A stretch of DNA of 64,000 nt from assembly GCF_009914755.1 (NCBI RefSeq), contig NC_060932.1. One strand, 5' to 3'. The stretch comes from the human T2T-CHM13v2.0 reference genome, Homo sapiens. How positions within the stretch are numbered: the first letter of the stretch is position 1; every line of letters starts with the position of its first letter. The notes below the pieces were generated by a model. The model did no database searches, was not told the origin of the DNA, and saw only the letters and a list, made by a program, of their open reading frames with translations. The position numbers and the translations under genes were made by a program. This document shows positions 30,176-45,100 of the stretch, in pieces.

Positions 30176-33100
30176 AAAATTGGCAGGGGGCTCAGCCTCA
30201 TGACTGGGTTCCAGGGCTAGGGAGAAACAAAAGCAGCAGGGCCGGGCTCTGGAGTCGGTGAGCTCTCCCTCTGAAGACTGATTCTGCTTCCTTAACCTTC
30301 AGCTTCCTCACCAGCCATTATCTGACTTCGTTCTTACAGTCAACCTGCAATATAAGCACCCCAATTATTCAAAGTTTACAGGTTAGAAAAGTGAGGTCCA
30401 GAGAGGTTACATAGCTCACTCTGGGTAACATAGTATGATTGAGTGAGGATGGAGCAGGAGACAGACCCAGGCCAGCTGACCACGATGTCAATAACTAACA
30501 GCCCATTCAGCAGTGCCAGTAATCCTAATGATAAGATGTTGAAATTCCAAGTCTTATCTCAACACAGAATGGCATCTGTTGTTATTAAGCTTACCAATAC
30601 AAGTTCAACTAAAATTCAACCCAGGTTCCTAATTATGCAGATTTGATTTTCAGAAAAGAAGTTCCTTAGTTAGAATTATAGTTTAAATTTTTAATATCAC
30701 TTTTCTTGTATTTAATAACATTTTTCTGATTATTGAAGTGATAAAAATAAAGAAATAAAATTTTCACATAATTCCTGTTGATTAGAGATAAATACTTTTA
30801 GCATTTTGTTGGATTGTCCTATTGTAAGTGTGTTAAATGTATGTGTAGGTGTCTGGGTGTATGCAGGCAAGATCATAGGAAACTTACTTAGTGGCAAAGC
30901 CAGGATCCAAACCCAGGTCTACCTGATGCAAATTTTTAGCATATAACTACATACACATCAAAAAACACATATCTGCATATGTAACATGTATAAATTATAT
31001 TTTACTTCACTGCTATTGCTACAAATTTGTATTATAAATATAGTCTTCAAAGACCATTTTCACATTTACATTGTCTTACAGCCACAGTGGAAATTACACA
31101 GACTCTTTTTAATTGATCGCACTGCTCATCTCAGATCTTTTATACCCATAGTCCCTAATTCTCAAATTTTTATTTTGATTTGTGATTTATTTTATATATT
31201 AACCTTGATAAAAAGGTTAGAGCTTATATTCAAATAGTTGTTTTCAGGAACAACTTTCAAGAATAACTTAAATATTATATTTTCTGATCCTCTTGGATGT
31301 CTGAAATATTGGGTACCTACACACAGAAATGTAAATGCTAAATACATATTCTGTGTATTCCACTGGATCTCATCTCCTACCCTCTCATCTTTAATCCAAA
31401 ATATCTCTTTACCATTTTCTTATCAATATATTAAGAGATTAAATCTGTCCTCTGCTTTTTTTTTTTTTTTTAAATCCTTTTCTCTTATATCCAGTATGCC
31501 ATGGAAAGAAAACACTTTAAGTTTTAATTACAAAATCATGTCTTTCACATTGCACAAATTTTCTTAACCAAGATTATTTTCTCTTTCTGATTTAATACTG
31601 CATTTTATTTGATTTACTATTCTCTTGTGGGTATATGAGAACCCAAGTTAGAATTTAAGAAAAGAAATCCTTGTCCTTGCAATAAATCTATTTCAAAGGA
31701 AGATGTTTGTAATCATCTCAGGCTTGTCCCTTTCTTTAGAACTGTGATATAGTTTCAAAAGCGTGCTGGTTTCTTCTTGCTCATCCTTGCATAGGGCAGT
31801 CTATGTTTACTCAAGATTGACCTAAAATAAGTTTGGAGTTGAGATTGATGTGGGTCTCTGTCCAGTTCTTTTATTTTCAAGTGAAAAAGGGGAAAAAAAC
31901 ACTAGATTTACCATAATTTTATTTGACTGGCTTTGGTATTCTGAGTCTGGGCGTAGTGGAAAGGAAGTTTGCCTCAGAGCACTGGGCCATCATTATAGGT
32001 AACTTTGCCTCTCCTCCAAGGTAGCATTGCAGGTTCATTATGGCCACTGCTAAGGTGCCCAAGGGCACCCTGCCCAGAAGCTGTTTGTCCAGCAGGTGTC
32101 CTGTTGCATTGTGGAATTCATGTTTTTCCATTGTGTGGTGTTTGGTCTGCTCTTGCCTCTAGCCCTTTCCTCTCTGATTTAAGGGATGCCAGTCACATAT
32201 TCCTGGGTCTCCTCTATCTACTTTCTAGTACTCTTGCACTATAGGATAAACAACTGTACTCAACTCAGTGTCTTGGCCAGAAGTTCAGATGTGTGGTACA
32301 CACATTTAAAAATTAAATTATAAAATATGACTTGGGAGTCAGATAACCTGGGTCTACCTTTCTGGCTATGCGTCTTTTGAAAAATTATCTGATTTTTCTG
32401 ATCCTCAGTTTACCAGTCTGTAAATTGGAGAAAATGACTTTCTCCTCTGCAGGGCTGCTGTGAGGCTTCTGTGACATTGACGTGAGTCCGTGGAAAGATC
32501 TCCAGTCAGCAGCACAGTATGGTTTCCTAGTGAGCCAGATTCCTATGAGCATCCTTGTCAACACATTCCCACAACCTACCACTCCAATCAACATCCATCC
32601 TCTTCCTTACAGTTACTTTTGTATTTTGTGTGATACTTTTTTATTTTGCACAGCTCTTAGTAAGCACTTAAACTTAGTTGGTTCTCAATAAATACTTAAA
32701 TCTACTATGATGGACCCAAATTTGGGTGCCTTTGGGAATGTAGTGAATCATCTTCTGAAGTAGTTTCTCATATCCTGTTTTTAATTAGCTTTTTCCCCCA
32801 TGGATGCACTTTAATGGGGAAAGAATAAAAGAAATAAGACCATGGAGAGTGAGAGCCTGGGGAGTGGCTAAACTAAAGAGATGGACTAGGGAACACTCCG
32901 CGTGTGAACAACGTAAAGAGCAGGCTGTCTGGATGTCACCCCACGGCCTCTTCAGCACACGTGCCTCATTCTTTGTAAGATTAGTAGCAATGTTGTCCTG
33001 TCCTGAGAGGTCACATTAATCCCTGTCCAAAACAGCCTTGGAAATGGGAAGCCAGAGAAGGAAAAGGTGGATTTCATGAAAATGCTTCTGTCACTAAACA

Positions 33101-33284
33101 CTTTCTGTTGCCTTTGTGCTGTATCCTGTCAGTACTCAACCATATGGTGTTAAAACACTCTCTAAAATGTGATTTTTAAAGCTACTTTGCAGTTATAATG
33201 GGTAATTGTGATCTGCTTCACAGTTAGAAACGAATGAAAGTGGCTCCTATGGTCTCACCAAACTTCAAAATGCATTAGAAGAAC

Positions 33285-33350
33285 AGGAAGAAGGAAGGAA
33301 GGAAGGGGGATGGATGGATGGAAAGAAGGAAGGAAGGAAGCAAGGAAGGA
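33285..33350 (+). repeat. (GGAA)n/(GGAT)n purine-rich microsatellite
   Basis: Directly visible repeat. Confidence 0.85.
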
Positions 33351-35532
33351 GGCTGATCTCTAATCCCATTTCTCTGTGAATCACAGTGGTTACCTCTAAT
33401 AATCTGAGTCAGAAGGGAGCACTAAGGCAGTCGCTTCAAGTCATTATTAGTCCAGCAGACTCCTGAACTGTGCTTTTATAACTGTCCCTCTCCACAGCTC
33501 CTTATTTCACCTTTAAAGATGAGTCTCTGTGTCTAGACTTCAGGGCATCTTAACTTCCTTCTAACCACAAAACTCATCTGCTACCACAACTGGGGATTGA
33601 AGAGACTCCTTATGGTAAGCACTCCAGACCTGTCAATTAGGTAGGAAATAGCCAGCATTAGCTGGAGCAGTTTGTGTTTGATTAACTGATGTTGTACATT
33701 AAGAAGAAAAAAAAAATAGAAAAAACTGCCCAAATTGGCTGGGTTATCTACATGCTTAAACATCCAGGGAGGTATTTCTCTATGTGTGCAGTAGTTATGG
33801 GGCTACCTCCCCAGATCATTCCCATAGATGTCACAACAGTACCCTATATCTGTTAACTCCTCTCTGCTAGAAGCAGAGATATGATGATGCCAGAGGGTAG
33901 TGTTTCCAAAACACCCTGGCACAGTGCTGCTCATCCCAAGTCACACAGCTCATTGACCTCAGCTCTCTTTAAAATGAAGGGAATAGACCAGATGCCCTTC
34001 AAAGGCCTTTCTAGCTTTGACATTTTCTGGATTGATGATGCAAATTTGCTCGAACACTAGTTTGCATACCACTTGCCGTCTTTCTATGAGCAATACAAAG
34101 TTAGCACAAGTCACAGACATAACAATTGAGACCCTTTATGCTAACACTTTGGAGGGGGAAAAAAGACCCTTTATGCAAACACTTTGGAGGGGAATCTCAG
34201 ACTAAGCCTACCCTCATGCAGAAGGAGGAGCTTTTACTCTCAGACCTGCATTTGGCTGTCATTCCAGGTTCTGCCTTTAATCAGCTAAGCAACAATGGCA
34301 AAGCTACTTAAAACTTTTAAACTGGTTTCCTCATTTGTAATGTGAGAGCCAGTTTGTTGTAAAGATTAGAATTCATGTATCATAGTGCCTGAAACATAGT
34401 AGGTTCTTGATCATTCATGGGCAGAAGTCTGCTCTGTGACATTGGTCAATTCCCACCCCCTCTATTCTGTTTCTTCCCCTTTCGTGAGTAAAGCAAGAGA
34501 CAGATGAGCTCAGAATCAGGCCTGGTCCCTAAATTCTCTGATCATTGCAGAGCCCTAAAAGACTGCTCCTACAAAATATATTCTGTTTATTTGACACATT
34601 TCTGTCTCATTTCCTCAATTTGTGTTCTCCTACAGTTTTACTTTCTGAAACAGTTTGTTCTGTGACAAAAGGTTTGCAAAAAATACAGGGATAATTGCTA
34701 AAGTTTCTCTCTTTTTGACAGTAATTCAATGCCTTTAACAAAATTTATAATCCTTTTGTACCTAAATGTTTATAAGTGTTGTTAAACCATAATGTAAAAG
34801 TATATAAACATTTTCACATGTTCTACCAGATCAAATATGGTACGTATGATAATAATTAGAACCACCAACCTAACATATTGTGAAAAATGCCACATATGCA
34901 TTTAATTACAGTTTCTGATTTTCAAGCATGCATTCAGGGAAGGGAGGAAGTGGCTTTCTATTTAACTTCTTCACTGCTAACAGAACATGCATGTGTTTTG
35001 GCAAGTTTCCTAGGGAACATCTGTCTAAAAGGGAACGTTGGGGAGTTAATCGACATCTATGGAGCTGGGCAACGGCTGTATGGCCCATGCTGTCTCCATT
35101 AAACTTCTTAACTGTGTCTCCCTTAAGCAGAGTCACAAAACATACCATTGATTCAGCTCTTTGAATAAAAAGCAAATCACAAGCAAAACTTAAACTGGTT
35201 TATTTACAGGATAGCTTTATGAAATTGGTAAACAATCGAGCCTCTTTTTCCAAAAGAATTGTTTGTAGAAGATGCCAATACTGGGGTGGGGAACAGAGTT
35301 ATGAGGAGGGATTTGTAAATGGTTTGTGGGTATGTTTCCAACAGCTCATAGCAAAGGAATGAATGGAAAAACACTCCTTGGAATTGGGGGTGGGGAGAGA
35401 GAGGGCTATAAAGATGGCAAATGAAACAAACTAGCATTTTGACATTGCCTCAGTTCTGGGTGGAAGGAGCATGATGAAGAATTTGAAACATAGCCAAGAG
35501 CCCAACAATTTAGAGGAACTGGGTGGACAGAC

Positions 35533-35901
35533 ATAGTCATGGGTCCCTTAATGACAGGGATACATTCTGAGAAATGAGTCATTAGGCGATTTTGTCATTG
35601 TGTGAACAAACATCATAGAGTATGCTTACAAAAACTTAGATGGTAGAGCCTACTACTCACCTAGGTTATATAGTATACATAGCCTGTTGCTTATAGGCTA
35701 CAAGCCTGTACAGCATGTTCAGCATGTTACTGTACCAAATACTGTAGGCAATTGTAACACAAGAGTAAATATTTTTGTGTTTCTAAACATATCTTAACAT
35801 AGAAATGGTACAGTAAAAATATGGTACTACAATCTTATGAAACAATCCTTGTATAGGCAGTTCATGTTGACTGACACATTGTTATGTAGCTGAAGATTGT
35901 A
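35533..35901 (+). mobile_element. Tigger3a (MER7A) MITE
   Basis: 'ttaatgacagggatacattctgagaaatgagtcattaggcgattttgtcattgtgtgaac' and 'aacttagatggtagagcctactac'. Confidence 0.85.
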
Positions 35902-36167
35902 AATAGAATGGGATTAAGTCTTTCCTTTCTCAGCTAGGTCTGATAAGGAACTCACTAATCGTTTCCAGATGAAGAAAGACTTTACATGATACAATGAGTT
36001 AATTGCTCCATGCTACTTGGAAAGTCAGCAGAGATGACAGAATTTGAACTGAATACCTTGCTCTAAATCCTGATACTAATTTTTTAAAACTGCAAGTAAA
36101 ATATTTTCTTTTTTTAAAAATTAATTATACCACAACAAAGACACTGATGACTATGGGGACAGGCAAA

Positions 36168-36265
36168 GGGTTAGATAGAGGGCAGCCAGATAAAATACAG
36201 CACACCTTGTTAAATGTGAATTTCAGATAAATAAGAACTAATTTTTGTTTACTAAATCTGGCAAT
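36168..36265. mobile_element. MER53-like palindromic MITE remnant
   Basis: Inverted ends 'gccagataaaataca' and 'tttactaaatctggca'. Confidence 0.5.
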
Positions 36266-36554
36266 AGTAGTCAGACAATAATCTAAAATAAAAGCCACAG
36301 GCAGAAACAGGTAAGCAAGGCTAAAACAGGACTGATAAGAAAGCAAAGCTGTAAAGAGAAATCACATATGTGGGTAAAATACAGGAAGATACCAATTCTA
36401 AAGAAAGATAAAGTGATGGGAGGAGTGGGAGAATGGTTGGTTAAAAAAAAAAAAAAGTCAGGAATGAAACGATTTACAGAACCAGAAGAAGGAATTCAAA
36501 GCAGAACAGTGACTCAGAGAGGGCACATGTTAGGGGGAAAAGGCCAGAGCAGCT

Positions 36555-36940
36555 GGATGAGTTGTTAGGGGCTGTCATAGCAAAGCACCAGAACGAGTGG
36601 CTTACACAACAGAAACTGATTTCCTCAAAATTCTAGAGCAAGAATTCCAAGGTCAAGGTGTTGGCATGGTTGATTTCTTCTGAGGCCTCTCTCCTTGACT
36701 TGTAGATGAACATCTTTCTCTCGTGTGTTCACATGGTTGTCCCTCTGTGCATGTCTATCTCCCAATCTCCTCTTCATAGAAGGACACCAGACATATAGGG
36801 TTATGGCCCACTTATATGACCTCACTTTACCTCACTTAACTCTGGAAAGGGCCTATCTCCAAATGCAGTCACATTCTGAGGTACTAAGGGCTAGGACTTC
36901 AGCTAAGGAATTTTGTGGGGATGAAGTTCAGTTCATAATG
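36555..36940 (-). mobile_element. MLT1 (B/C-like) MaLR LTR
   Basis: 'tggcttacacaacagaaact', 'caaggtcaaggtgttggcatggttgatttcttctgaggcctctctcc' and 'gtcacattctgaggtact'. Confidence 0.8.
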
Positions 36941-37268
36941 TGATGTTATGCTTCCTGTTAAGGAGCCTAATTGAAATTACTTCAGTGAAGTTCCACAAGC
37001 AGTTTTAACTATAATATAGGTGATTTTTTTTTGGTGCCAGGGTAGGGAAAACGAAACTAATAGGGTATGATTGTTGTCCTCAAATGCACAATATAGTTGG
37101 GGAGCCAGACACATACACTAGACTAGTGACATAGAGATGACAGGTCGAGGTAAAATCCTGGCCCATCCACTTACTGGCTAAGTAAACTTGGACAGTTATC
37201 ATATTTGATAAAAAGGTGTAATCATATCTACTTGGTAGAGTAGCCTTGGGGATTAGTGATACTGGTCT

Positions 37269-37700
37269 TGTTAAAGAGAACTAAATATGACCTGAGAAGG
37301 ACTCCATACTTCTATATTTGAGACCTTGTGGACAAACCATATCCTAACTTAATAGGTAGACAAGATTGGAAACCTAACTTAGGAGTATGCTCCTGTAATA
37401 ATAGTTGAGTCTTGGCCAATCTCAGCAGCCATACTTCAACCACTCATACACTGCTGAGTGTTCAAACTGTGTTCAAATAAGACAAACGCCAAGCTATAAC
37501 CAATCCAGCTGTTTCTGTACCTCACTGCCTATTTCTACACGTCATTTCCCCTTTTTTGCCTGTAAGTTTGTTCAGACCACGAGGCATCCCTGGAGTCTCT
37601 CTGAATCTGTTGTGATTCTGGGGGCTACCCTATTCGTGAATCATTCATTGCTCAATTAAACTCCCTTAAATTTAATTTGGCTGAAGTTTTTCTTTCAACA
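37269..37700 (+). mobile_element. MER57-family ERV1 solo LTR inserted in a MIR
   Basis: TG...CA ends (tgttaaagagaactaaatatgacctgagaaggactcc ... tttctttcaaca), CCAAT boxes and an attaaa signal. Flanks are gtct and gtat. Confidence 0.85.
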
Positions 37701-38212
37701 GTATCAAACCCAGTCCCTGATGCATAATGGAAGCTCTTACTATTAAGAAGTGTTCAGAAAACACATAGGGAGATGTTAGCTGTTACAACTAGGGGAATTT
37801 ATACAATTTCCTTAAAAAGTTGTCATGAGAGCTGAGCCTGAAAACACTAGGACAATTTTGCCAGGTAGGAAACGGGGCTAGATCAAAACACAAATATGAA
37901 ACAGCAAGAGGCATACACATATTTCAATATGCCTAGAGCAGTGCAGGGCTGATGTGAGCAGCAGGAAATAAGGCAAGAAAACAAAGTTGGTGCCACGTTA
38001 TGAAGTGCCTTGAATATCATGCTAAAATATCTGAAGATTATGCTATAAGCAAAGTAAACACAGGTGTTTTGTGTAGTTGTGTTTGTTGTTTTGGTGTTGT
38101 TGGTTATTATTTATTTATTTTTTACAGCGAATTAACCGCTTTTCAAAGGTGGTAATTAGGAGTAGCTGGCTATACTGGAAATGAGAAGAAAGCTCATAAA
38201 AAGAGGCCAGGC

Positions 38213-38518
<306 letters not shown>

Positions 38519-38820
38519 GGCCAGGCATGGTGCCTCATGCCTGTAATCCCAGCAATTTGGGAGGCTGAGGATGATGAATCACTTGAGGTCAGGAGTTCAA
38601 GATCAACCTGGCCAACATGGTGAAACCCTGTCTCTACTAGAAGTACAAAAACTAGCCAGGCATGATGGTACATGCCTGTAGTCCCAGCTACTTGGGAGGC
38701 TGAGACAGGAGAATCACTTGAACTGGGAGGCAGAGGTTGCAGTGTGCCGAGACTGTGCCACTGCACTACAGCCTAGGCTGAGACTCCATCTCAAAGAAAA
38801 AAAAGAAGAAGAAGAAGAAG
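38519..38820 (+). mobile_element. AluS (Sx/Sz-like) with a (GAA)n tail
   Basis: Full dimer containing 'cacttgaggtcaggagttcaag'. The tail is aaagaagaagaagaagaag. Confidence 0.95.
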
Positions 38821-39389
38821 AATAGCTGCTGTGCAGGGCAGATTCTGGCCAATTGCATATACTAGGACTGAATCTGTCCTTTACATATTATCAATGGAAA
38901 AAATGGTTGTTTCATTTTGCACAGTGACAAAAAGAAAATGAAGATCTGTCAGCTCTTGCCTCCCTTAACTCTTCCCACTTAGTATATAAAGACAATCAGG
39001 TCCCTCATATCTTCTAAAAACAAACGTTTCCTTTGACCTACCAATCTTTTCTTCGGCTACCCAAAGCCTGTTCTTTTCAGCAACAATTTTTTTGATTTTC
39101 TCAACTTGAGCTGTGTCAAAGCTGAAGATTCACTTTATTTTTTTGTTATTCCTATTAATATTGTAACTGTTGTTATAAATAGAAACAATTTGTTTTTATT
39201 GTCAAATGATAAATATTTATTACAGATGAATTAGAAAATATGATCAGAGAAGTAAAAGAAAAAATGCTAAGTAATTCTCTCCAAACCTCCACAGAGGATT
39301 CAGTTCTCTGCATGGGCACACACACATCTATTTTCACAATAGGGGATCAAACTGTATATTCTGTTTTATGATGTGCTTTTAAAAATAAT

Positions 39390-40630
39390 CTTTTTATTAA
39401 AAAAATACATATAGAAAATTGCACAGCTAAGTGTTACCAACACCTACGAAGAAATAAAATATCCTCTGTTCCCCAGAAGCCTCCCTCTTCCCCATGGTAA
39501 TCACTCCTTGATTCTAACACTATAGATTTGTTTTGTCTCTTTTTGAACTCTGTAAACAGCACATGTATTGTTCACACAGTATGCACTATTTTCCAACTGG
39601 TTTATTTCATTCCACATTATGTTTGTGAACTTCAGCCATGCTGTTGAATATAGCAGTGGTTTATTCATTTTTCATTGCTGTATAATAATTTACAGGATGA
39701 ATCTACCACGATTTATTCTTCTGTTTCTGAACATTTTCATTGTTTTCTGTTTGGGGCTGTTGTAATTAGTGCTGCTGTGAGTGTTACTGTATACATATTT
39801 GGAGCATATTTGTAAGCATTTCTCTTAGGTGTATTCTCAGGAGTGGAATTGGGGTACAGAGTCCACAGATGGTTTCTAAAACTGATTATACTAATTGACA
39901 GTTCCTACAGCCTTATAGATGGGTCTAAATACTCCATATACTCACCAATACAATCATCAGTCTTCTTAATTTCAGCCATTCTGATGGATGTGTAAGTGGT
40001 AGTTCATGTTGCATTTTTATTTGCATTTCCTTGACTACGAATGAGATTGAGCATTTTTTCACGTTTATTCACTTAATTGGATATCCCCTTTTGTGAAGTG
40101 CTTGCTTAAGTCTTGCCCATTTTTTTCTATTAAAGTATTTTTGATATGATTGTAGGTTTTCTTTATATATCCTGGATGCAAGTGCTTTATCAATTATATG
40201 TAATGTAGATATCTTCTCACATTCTATGGGTTGTTTTTAAAAAATTTTCATAATGGAATCTTAATGAATGGGTCTTTTTTAATTTTAATGAACTTCAGTT
40301 TATCAATTGTTTTCTTTATAGCTAGTGATCTGTAAGTCCTGTTTATAAAATCTTTACAAATGCCAAAGTTGCAAAGACATCCTCCTGTGTTATCTTCTAG
40401 AAGTTTTATTGTTCTGCTTTTAACATTCACGTACACAGTCTCTAGAATTGGTTTATTTATGTGATGAGGTAGGGGCCAAGTTCAATTTTGTATTTTCATT
40501 TTTACATCCAAGTGACCCAATACCATTTATTGAAAAATCCATCTATTCCTCACTCAGAAGTGTTCTCCGAATAGTGCCACTTTTGTCATAACTCCAATGG
40601 TCTCACAAGGGAGGTCTGCTTCCGCATTCC
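39390..40630 (-). mobile_element. Old L1M 3' fragment
   Basis: 'aggagtggaattg', 'ttcagccattctgatggatgtg' and 'tcttctagaagttttattgtt'. Confidence 0.75.
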
Positions 40631-40659
40631 CACTTGCCTTTCTGCAAATCCAAATGTAC

Positions 40660-40826
40660 ATAAGCTACTTAAATTTAATTTTAAATTTAATAAAATTAGA
40701 AATTAGTTCTGTCACATTAGCCACATTTCAAGTGTTTAGTAGCTACACATAGCTAGTGGCCACCAAGGCAGTGCAGATACAGCGTTTCCATCATGCAGAA
40801 AGTTCTGTTGGACAACATTGCTCCAG
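40660..40826. mobile_element. MER3-like hAT-Charlie MITE, followed by an L2 3' end to about 41010
   Basis: 'tcacattagccacatttcaagtg' and 'cagaaagttctgttggacaacattgct'. Confidence 0.7.
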
Positions 40827-41650
40827 ATCATTACTGTCTAATTTCATAGCTCTTCACTATCTGAGGCAATCCCACTTTCATTTGTTTATTCCTTTTCTCC
40901 ACTATTAAAATGTGAGTTCCATGAATGCAGGGACCTAGTTGGGTCATCATTGCATGTGCAATGTCCAGAACAGTTCCTGATACAGAATGTTTGTCAAGTA
41001 AGTGCATAAAACTTTGCTGTGTCCTGTGAAGCCTGGAGCGGCTTTCTGGACCCATTATATCAAATCTCAGCCAGCTTCCTGAAGATTCAGAGCAGAGAAG
41101 AGTACTTTGTCATTTTGGAGCCTTTGGAATGTGCCACATGCAACACTTACAATGGTGGTTGATAAGGACTTTTCTGGATGTGTATGATATTGTAAAAACT
41201 TCATTTGTTGAGTAGTTACTTTGTACTATACACTATGCCAAAATTTACATTTATAACTCATTTAATACTCGTAACAACTCTGTGAAGTAGGTTCTGTTAT
41301 TATCCTCAATATTTGAATGAGAAAACTAAGGAACAAAGAAGTTCAGGGACTTATTCAAGGACAGCCCACCAGACAATGGAGGCACCTATATTTGAATTCA
41401 GATGTCTGCTGCAGAGCCTGAGTTCTTAATGTTGGATGTTATTGCCTCTCAACATAACCATAACAGTCTTTGACTAGTTTTTGTTTCTTTATTCCTCTAT
41501 TTTAAAAGAAATAATATAATTGCTGCTCAGTGCCAGACTCTGTATATGTATTATGCTTTTCCACCTCTGTTCCCTCTTCAGAGTAAACACCATGTTTTGG
41601 TTGATTTATAACCTCAGTGCTAATGGTGCAAATTGTTTAGATATCCCCAC

Positions 41651-42102
41651 TGTCTTAGGTTGGGTTACCAAGTAGAAGACCAAGAATTTGGATACATCAG
41701 GGAGTAGTCTTAAGAGAAAGACAGTGAGGGAGGGAGGATAGGTCAGGGGAAAGATTTATTTAAACCTGAATGTCATCTCAATTGGTGTCCAGCTTTAGGC
41801 CAATCCTACAGGGAGCTTTGGGAGCATGACTTGCCATTGTCAGGGGTACTGACCCTTTATACTCCCATGCTGCTCAATTACTGGAATTTGGGCTGCCCTG
41901 GGGTGTGTTTGTGTGTGTGTGCGTGTATGTGTGTGCATGTGTGTGTGTAACCTTCACAGAGAACACTTAGTTCAGCCTAGGGAAATTCTCCAGAGAAGGA
42001 GGCAACTATAGGCTATTAACCAGCAACACTCACAGAAGCTGTGGGGTAGATACACTAGTCAGGAAAAGGGGATCTTGCCAGACACTGACAGCATCCACTG
42101 TA
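41651..42102. mobile_element. ERVL LTR (LTR16/LTR33-like) with an internal (TG)n tract
   Basis: Begins tgtcttaggttgggtt. TG tract at about 41903-41948. Confidence 0.45.
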
Positions 42103-45100
42103 CTTATCCTCCATTAAAATGTTCTCACATTATTCATTCCTCAAGATTTGTGTGAAATAGGGTTCAACTTGTTCATGCAAGTTCTGTGTAGATTTCACAA
42201 ACCATTTTTACAACCCTGATTATTGCTGCTGAATCTCTGCTTCAGGAATACATGTGTTGCATGCATTTAAAGACTTCCAAATGGAACGAGATCAGAATGA
42301 AATAAAAAAGGAACCCTACAAGCTATTTTAAATAACAACTAGTAAATAAAAACATCTGGTAGATGATTAAGATCTATATATTGAACCTCGATGAAGAATA
42401 TGTGATGTACCTTTAAGGTGGAGCATACACAGTAACAGCTCTTTCAGTGACTTTTGGTGTCTAACAGGGAGCTCAGGAAATGTAGGCAGGAGGATGTGGA
42501 GTCATTTGGAGAACTCAGTGGGATGAGAGGGCATTGAGCATATCTCCCCTTGTTTTATTGATCTTTATACTGTGTTCTGTTTATGTTCTTTAGAAGAGTA
42601 GTTATGAAAACCCAGATATTACACTCATTGGCTGTGAATGTGACACTGACATCTGCTTGCCTTGGCTTGACGCCTCTGGTAGGAACCATCAGGAATGCTT
42701 TAGCCCATACCTTCTCTTTGGAAACAACATGAGAAAAAAGAAAGCTTCAAAGGCCCAAAACACCTGTGTAACCTCTTCTGTGCCATAGAACAGGCATGTA
42801 AGCTGATTCTGAAAATCAAGCCTTCTGCTCTCTGTCTCTCTTTGAAGATTCTGGAAAGGATCAGTCATACAAGGACCTGATGCCCTGTGAAGTTCTTATC
42901 TCCTGCCTGGTTCTGCTGAGACATCAGGAAAAATAAAATCTTTAGTGCCTCTAAATGCAAGAACTAGGAGAAGCTAGCTCTCTCATCCTCACTGTAGTCT
43001 CACTTAAAAGGTCAAAGCAAATAAAATCTTTTGGTCCCATTTTAGTAATGAATATCTTAGAACAAGCTCTATGAAGCATTTATGACTTTATTCTCAGTTT
43101 TCTAAAATAGGATATAACTTGTTTCAATTGCTTAAAACACAGGGGCAAACCACATATGATGAATGCATTCTGTTTGAAATCAATTTCCTTCATCATTTTA
43201 TTAGATCGAATGCTCTGAACTGGGAAGTATTATTTTCCCATTGTGCTTTTGCAAAACTGCCCACTCTTGGAGCTTTGTGGCTGTGAGCTCCTGATTAGTT
43301 TAATTGTTTTTTTCTTCTTCTGCTTTCCTGGCTACAAGGACTTAACACTTTACTCACCTTTGAGTAGCAGGGCAGCACCACAAGGAAGGTAGAATAAACA
43401 GGATGATTAAACAACCAGCATGCAGCAAGGGGGCAATATTTCAATAGCAAATATTGCTACCCATATACCTCAACAGAATGTGCTAAAGTAAACAAAATGA
43501 TAGCATAATTATAGTAGTTCCAATTATGTTAATTAGACTGCATACACGCTTCATTGATAAGCAACTGTGCTGCAGAGAAATGCTGTTAAGCCTGGTACTT
43601 CAGCCTTTAGCAGCTTTGTGCCACATATGCTACTATATTCTTGGGTAACATTTAGCCTCTCACAATTATTTTCTTTCTTTTCTAATACTTTTGTTGAAAA
43701 ATAAATAAATAAAAGGGTGTGCTACCCCACATTTTAGAGAAGTTAGAGATTCCCAATGAGATTCTATGCTAAGTTCCTCAGTGTTTTGGTCCCTTCTCCT
43801 GGAACCTCAAGTGAAAAATATTAACATGTCCCATTTGACTAATTAAAATCCAGCTTAAGAAAATGGATTTGCTTTCAGTTGCCTCCAAATCACATCCTTT
43901 GCTTTGATATCGCCCATAAAAGAGAACCCCTGAGGGAAGAGGCCACCACAAGCTGTTGTTCACATAGCAGGTTGCATTTTGGGGGATCTAAAAATTGGGG
44001 GGGTGTTCTGGGATTGTTGGTGTATTTTGTTATATTCATGGGACACCTGATTGTTTTAAAGAAAGATGTGAATTGCAAAGAAATAGAAATTGTAAAAAGA
44101 CAAATCATGAAGAAAACTATAAATGCTCAGAAAGGGAAAATTACAATTGTAAGCTAATTAGACCATTTACATATTTAAAGTGATAATACAATTAAAATAC
44201 AATGATTTAAGTATGGAACAGTTAAAAAACATTCAAAAATAAAAAATAGCTTAAAGCCTAAGCTAACCAAGGAATTCAATAAGGAAAAAGAGTCTGTTAC
44301 TTAGTCCAGATATTATCTAAAATACATTGTCATAAAAATGTAGTAAATAATTGCTTCAAGATGAAAAAAAGAGCTGTGTTTTTTTTCCCCCAACAGATTG
44401 CTAGGAAATTAGCAGTCTAAATGAATTGCTTATAAAATCAGAGAATAAAATGCAAAATAATATAGTGTTATATAGTCATCGTGACATAGTAGAATTTTGC
44501 TTATTAAAAAGACGCCTTCGTTAGTGAAACTCCACCTTTGCACCTCTCCCCTCTTCCCCCGTACCTTATTAGGAGTTCACTTCAGCAGTTGCCCACTTTC
44601 TCTTCATTTCTTATTCTCTACCTGTCTTTTTCTCATAAACTCTGCTCAAGCCTCTCAAATTTAAAATAATCTTTTATTTTCCATATTTCTCTCCTTCTCT
44701 CAATATTCACATTTTTCTCTTTGCCAGAGCTCTTAAAAGAAAGGGTGACAATTACTCTCTGAATGTTTTCACTGTCACTATTAGTACTGAGAAAAATTGC
44801 AGTGGATTAGGTTTTAAACAAACCAGTAGTCCCTTTTCAAAGCAAGGCTAAATTCTCTTTGGGTTCTGCCTTTGTTATCAATGCAGTTAGGTTGACCTTT
44901 AGACTGGGTATGCCTAAAATAGGCTTTTTATACCTAGTATCTGCCATTTAAAAATTTCAGGCTCAGTTTTTCCAGTGTGCATGAGGATTGTTTTCCATAA
45001 TGTTGAATATTGAGCAAAAAGGAACACCAAGAAAAATAAAAAGATACTAAAGACATCTATAACAGACAAACGTGTAAAAATATCAAAGAACAAATGCCCT

